DNA of 32,000 nucleotides, from contig NZ_SODD01000022.1 in NCBI RefSeq assembly GCF_004365815.1, positions 4,949 to 36,948 on the forward strand, in the 5' to 3' direction. Positions 28,195 through 32,000 of this stretch are shown piece by piece. The notes under the pieces are model-generated. The model was given only the letters and a program-made list of their open reading frames with translations. It ran no database searches and was not told the origin of the DNA. The position numbers and the translations under genes were made by a program. Each line of letters starts with the position of its first letter. The first letter of the stretch is position 1. The stretch is from Breznakia blatticola. Lineage in GTDB: Bacteria; Bacillota_I; Bacilli_A; Erysipelotrichales; Erysipelotrichaceae.

Positions 28195-29085
28195 ATGAAT
28201 GTATTAGAAGTAAAAGGATTACATAAAAAATATGGAAGTCGTGATATTTTACATGATGTCAACTTTCATGTGGGTCTTCATGAAATTGTAGGGTTTGTTG
28301 GTCCAAATGGAACAGGAAAAAGTACAACGATGAAATGTATTGCTGGTTTAACAGAGTTTCATCAAGGACAAATTTTGATTCATGGACATGATATTCAAAA
28401 AGATCGAATTGCTGCATTAAGTGAGCAATCTTCATTTATCGAAGGTCCCGCACTATATCCTGAACTGAGTGGAAAAGATAATATTAAGTTATTTGCTTCA
28501 CTTCGTGGTGTGAGTAAAGAACGCGTACAAGAAATGATTGATATGACAAAACTAGAAAAGCATATCAATCGAAAGGTTGGTCAATACTCAATGGGGATGA
28601 AGCAACGTGTGGCACTTGCAATCGCACTAATGAGTAAACCTAAGCTAATTATGTTAGATGAACCAACGAATGGTCTAGATCCTTCAGGTATTTTAGACTT
28701 ATTAAGTATGGTAAAAGAAATTACCCAAACAGAAGAAGTTGGCTTTCTTTTTTCATGTCACACATTATCAGATGTTGAGAAAATTGCTGATCGTGTCATC
28801 TTTATTAAGGATGGGTCGATGGTAGATGCATCAACTTATGAGCAATCACAAAAGATTTCATATCATGTAAAAGTAAGCAAGAAAGCACATGAAGTGTTTA
28901 CGCAGTTAGGTTTAATCTATCAATATCATGATTTGTTTCAAGCATATACAGTGGAAATTAAAGACATAACTCTTGATACTTTATTGAGTGCACTTCAAGA
29001 TGCACAAATTGAAATACTAGAAATTACGAAGATTGAACAAAGTGTAGAAACGATGTATAAGGATATTTATCATGAAGAGAGCTAA
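28195..29085 (+). CDS. ABC transporter ATP-binding protein (ABC-2/DrrA-like exporter type)
   Basis: It has Walker A 'GPNGTGKST', signature-like 'YSMGMKQR' and Walker B 'LIMLDEPTNGLD'. The start is moved to ATG 28195, downstream of GAGGAAG. Confidence 0.92.
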   Translation: MNVLEVKGLHKKYGSRDILHDVNFHVGLHEIVGFVGPNGTGKSTTMKCIAGLTEFHQGQILIHGHDIQKDRIAALSEQSSFIEGPALYPELSGKDNIKLFASLRGVSKERVQEMIDMTKLEKHINRKVGQYSMGMKQRVALAIALMSKPKLIMLDEPTNGLDPSGILDLLSMVKEITQTEEVGFLFSCHTLSDVEKIADRVIFIKDGSMVDASTYEQSQKISYHVKVSKKAHEVFTQLGLIYQYHDLFQAYTVEIKDITLDTLLSALQDAQIEILEITKIEQSVETMYKDIYHEES

Positions 29086-30319
29086 TATCTTTGCCTATGA
29101 ATTTCGTAAGTTTGTGGCAAGCAAACGAATGATTGCGCTGTTTTTAGCGATTCTTTGTTTATTTGGTTACAATATGATGCAAGCCAATCAACAAACAAAA
29201 GAATATGATCGACAGTTATTGTGGGATTTACGCCCTTATCGAACAAGCGTATCGAATTTATCTGATTCTGCAGTTATGACAATTATTGAGATGGAACGAG
29301 TGTTTAAAGAAGAAGGAATCGATCCATTATTGTGGTACCAAAATGAAGAGTATGCAAAGGTAAAGGAAACCTATGATAAATATAATGATGCATACTTTGT
29401 GTTAGATGAAGAATTTCAGATGGTATTTGTTCCATTGATGTATAACTATGAGCCAGCTCGTTACAGTGAAAAAGAACGTTGGGTAGAAACTCGACTAAAA
29501 ACCAACGCACTGAAACAAGAACTATTTGAAGAAGGTAGTGTAGGTACATTGGATCGCGTCCAAACAGAGTTAAAAGCTCAAGGGTATTTTTATCAATATT
29601 TAAAGGATCATCAAATGACAGAATACGATAGTCCAAATGAAATAAATGGTGCAAACTTTTTAGTGAATATGTTTAAAGGATATAGTTTATTTATTATCTT
29701 CTGTTTGTTTGCATTTCACATGGTGTATGCTTATACAATCGAAAATGACAATGAAACGTATAAACTATTAATGGGTGCTCCTATATCAAGAACACGATTA
29801 GCGATCTCACGGTTTATCTTTCATACCGTTTGTATGATTGTAATGATTACAGTTTGTGCACTTATTGGATTTACAGTTGCATCAATTATTGGTGGACTTG
29901 GTAATTTTGGCTATCCGCAGATCATCAATCGTACGGAAATTATTCCGACATCCACATATTTACTTTATGCAATAGGAACATCACTACTAGCAATTCTTTC
30001 GTTTAATGCGCTAGTTGCTTGTATTACAACCCTACTTTCGTTTTTCGAAAATGCGATGATTGCAACAGGAATTGTACTTGTGATTTTGGTGTTTATGCGT
30101 TTGTTGAATGTTACAGAGCCAATCTTATATTACATTTTCCCATATTTATTTGTGTTTGGTGATATTTTCATTGCACAAATCAATCAAGTTTCGATTCTAC
30201 TTGTTGTGGCATGTGCATGCATTCATATTGCAGTATTCGTCTTTGCAAATATCTGGATGTTAAAACGAAAAGACTTTGGGAATTTCCAAGTATTTGATAA
30301 GCGAGGTGCACGTGTATGA
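29072..30319 (+). CDS. ABC-2-type permease-like membrane protein with a large extracytoplasmic loop
   Basis: It overlaps the ATPase gene by 14 nt. It has one N-terminal TM, a ~170-aa hydrophilic loop, and about 5 C-terminal TMs. Confidence 0.6.
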   Translation: MKRANIFAYEFRKFVASKRMIALFLAILCLFGYNMMQANQQTKEYDRQLLWDLRPYRTSVSNLSDSAVMTIIEMERVFKEEGIDPLLWYQNEEYAKVKETYDKYNDAYFVLDEEFQMVFVPLMYNYEPARYSEKERWVETRLKTNALKQELFEEGSVGTLDRVQTELKAQGYFYQYLKDHQMTEYDSPNEINGANFLVNMFKGYSLFIIFCLFAFHMVYAYTIENDNETYKLLMGAPISRTRLAISRFIFHTVCMIVMITVCALIGFTVASIIGGLGNFGYPQIINRTEIIPTSTYLLYAIGTSLLAILSFNALVACITTLLSFFENAMIATGIVLVILVFMRLLNVTEPILYYIFPYLFVFGDIFIAQINQVSILLVVACACIHIAVFVFANIWMLKRKDFGNFQVFDKRGARV

Positions 30320-31797
30320 AAACGTATTTTTTCTATGAATGCAAACGCATTATAAAAAGTAAGAAGTTCATTATCGCTTTGGTATTTGTGTTACTTGTAT
30401 ATGTATTTACGATTGTCGAGTTAAAGAATGAAGATCAAAAACGCATGATGAATGATGAAATCATGGACATTGTGCAACAACAAACAAATGGAAACATACA
30501 AAAAGATGACAATATAGATGGAGTACTCAGTGATTTATTGATCCAAAAAGAAATGGATTTTTATCTTTTTAAAAATGATATAGGGATTTATGACGAATAT
30601 GGAGAAATTGTTCAATTAACAAAATCACAAAAAGTCATTAATGATTTTCTAGATGGCGAAATTGAACATATTCAAACAATGATCAATAATAAAGAAATTG
30701 ATTATGAAGTGCTCGGTGAAATGAATATGAAGGAATTTATTTTTCAAACACTTTACGAATACCAAAGAATCCCAAAAATGAGTGATATGGATTATTCATA
30801 TCAAATTGCAGAAGTGAATAAAATTGCTGCTGCGCATGGAATGAAAGATGTTCAACTTGCTTTGGAAGACTACAAAGAAGATATTCGTAATGCCAATGCT
30901 GGATTTGGATACTATGAAAATAACTTCTATACATTTCAATTTATTCTTCGATATACGGATACATTAAATCGACTGAAAATCCGCGATTTAACTCCATACA
31001 GTGTCAATAGTTCGACCGTATTATATCAGCTTGTATCAAATAGTATTCAAATTGCAGTACCAGTACTTATTATGTTGATGTTCTTTAACTTGTTTGATAA
31101 AGATAGAAAACAAGGAACATTAAAATCCATATTGATTCAACCAAAACGAAGAACACTTAGTTATGATGGAAAGATTATTTCTGGATTATCGAGTAGTTTA
31201 CTTATGGTCTTTATTCCGATTATACTAATTGCGGGAATATTGTTTGTAAGTGATCATGGAGCATATACATCCTATCCAATGATCATGAGAACTAGAGATA
31301 CGATGCGTGTCAACGTTGTCACAAATACGAGTGATTTATTAGAGGATTTATACTATTCCGGTGAAATTGATTCAAAAACATTACACTATGGATTAAGCGA
31401 GTATTCACCAGAACGTTATGATTATTACAATCAAAAACCAGCGTTGAGTTCGGATTTACTACCGCTATGGCAATTCAATTTATTATTGGTTGCAGCAGTG
31501 ATTTGCTATGTAGCATTTACCTGTATGTTATTTGTTTTCATCAATACACTTATCAATAATCGGTTGATTGGATGCTTAGTATTTATGGCAATTGTTGTTA
31601 TTGGACATGTAATATGTCCGATAGGGACACTAGAGAAAATGAATGTCATCAATCCGTTTGCTTATAGTAATCCAATTCATAACTTGCAAGGTACATCATC
31701 TTTTGGATGGCCGTATATTTATATCGTTTTGCCAATATATACACTACTTATGTATATTGCAGGAAAACTAGTTTATCGATTTAAAAAGTTTTATTAA
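30316..31797 (+). CDS. Second ABC-2-type permease-like membrane protein with a large extracytoplasmic loop
   Basis: It overlaps the upstream gene by 4 nt (GTGTATGA). The topology is similar: an N-terminal TM, a ~210-aa loop, TMs, a second ~80-aa loop, then more TMs. Confidence 0.55.
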   Translation: MKTYFFYECKRIIKSKKFIIALVFVLLVYVFTIVELKNEDQKRMMNDEIMDIVQQQTNGNIQKDDNIDGVLSDLLIQKEMDFYLFKNDIGIYDEYGEIVQLTKSQKVINDFLDGEIEHIQTMINNKEIDYEVLGEMNMKEFIFQTLYEYQRIPKMSDMDYSYQIAEVNKIAAAHGMKDVQLALEDYKEDIRNANAGFGYYENNFYTFQFILRYTDTLNRLKIRDLTPYSVNSSTVLYQLVSNSIQIAVPVLIMLMFFNLFDKDRKQGTLKSILIQPKRRTLSYDGKIISGLSSSLLMVFIPIILIAGILFVSDHGAYTSYPMIMRTRDTMRVNVVTNTSDLLEDLYYSGEIDSKTLHYGLSEYSPERYDYYNQKPALSSDLLPLWQFNLLLVAAVICYVAFTCMLFVFINTLINNRLIGCLVFMAIVVIGHVICPIGTLEKMNVINPFAYSNPIHNLQGTSSFGWPYIYIVLPIYTLLMYIAGKLVYRFKKFY

Positions 31798-31800
31798 CAG

Positions 31801-31830
31801 AAAAGTCATCTCAGTGCTGGGATGACTTTT
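31801..31830 (+). terminator. Rho-independent terminator after the ABC operon
   Basis: AAAAGTCATC, a 10-nt loop, then GATGACTTTT, a perfect 10-bp stem ending in a T-run. Confidence 0.7.
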
Positions 31831-31858
31831 AGATTATGACTGATAGTTATAGATAGAT

Positions 31859-31904
31859 GATAGATAAAGTGATAGATAAAGTGATAGATAAATGATAGAT
31901 AAAA
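31859..31904. repeat. Four phased tandem copies of GATAGATAAA (period 12, 12, 11 nt)
   Basis: Exact copies lie at 31859-31868, 31871-31880, 31883-31892 and 31894-31903. Degenerate copies (TGATAGTTATAGATAGAT) lie at 31841-31858. Confidence 0.85.
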
Positions 31905-31983
31905 GGTAAGCGTAAAATAATACACGGATTTTCAAAATAGCATACAAATGATAGGGTATCTCTATAAAAGGAGGTACCTTATT

Positions 31984-32000
31984 TTGAAAGAAACAACAAT
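31984..32000 (+). CDS. Possible 5' end of a CDS running out of the window
   Basis: AAGGAGG (31968-31974) is followed after 9 nt by TTG 31984 ('MKETT...'). Only 17 nt are visible. Confidence 0.25.

Noticed and set aside
31841-31904. The GATAGATAAA tandem array as a CRISPR array.
   Set aside because: The units are 10 nt with 1-2 nt between them. There are no spacers and no palindromic 25-40 nt repeats. It is not a CRISPR array.

Overview
This is a low-GC Bacillota-type chromosomal segment, densely coding and mostly on the + strand. I saw no rRNA, tRNA, CRISPR array, transposase or integrase.

Gene order, left to right:
1. A cellobiose/beta-glucoside PTS operon (334-5205): GH1 6-phospho-beta-glucosidase, an RDD membrane protein, EIIC, an AEC-family permease, EIIB and EIIA.
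2. A decayed alpha/beta-hydrolase remnant with its own terminator (5419-5906).
3. A translationally coupled SNF2-helicase / SWIM-zinc-finger pair (6029-9380).
4. A four-gene operon with its own promoter and terminator (about 9668-17780). By gene sizes, order and motifs it matches a Wadjet type II (JetABCD / MksBEFG-like, TIGR02677-02680-type) SMC-family anti-plasmid system. This is the most notable content of the window.
5. Two small minus-strand envelope genes (lipoprotein, membrane protein).
6. A melibiose/raffinose-type module: GH36 alpha-galactosidase, a divergent AraC regulator and a GPH symporter. The two promoter regions share a 17-nt motif, and there is a perfect cre box.
7. A YczE-like membrane protein, a desulfoferrodoxin-type superoxide reductase, and a convergent cysteine-free Tpx-like protein with a long basic low-complexity N-terminus.
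8. pgk-tpiA.
9. An ABC exporter with one ATPase and two large-loop ABC-2-like permeases.
10. A phased GATAGATAAA tandem repeat in front of a gene that starts at the window edge.

All family calls come from motif recognition by eye. No searches were run.
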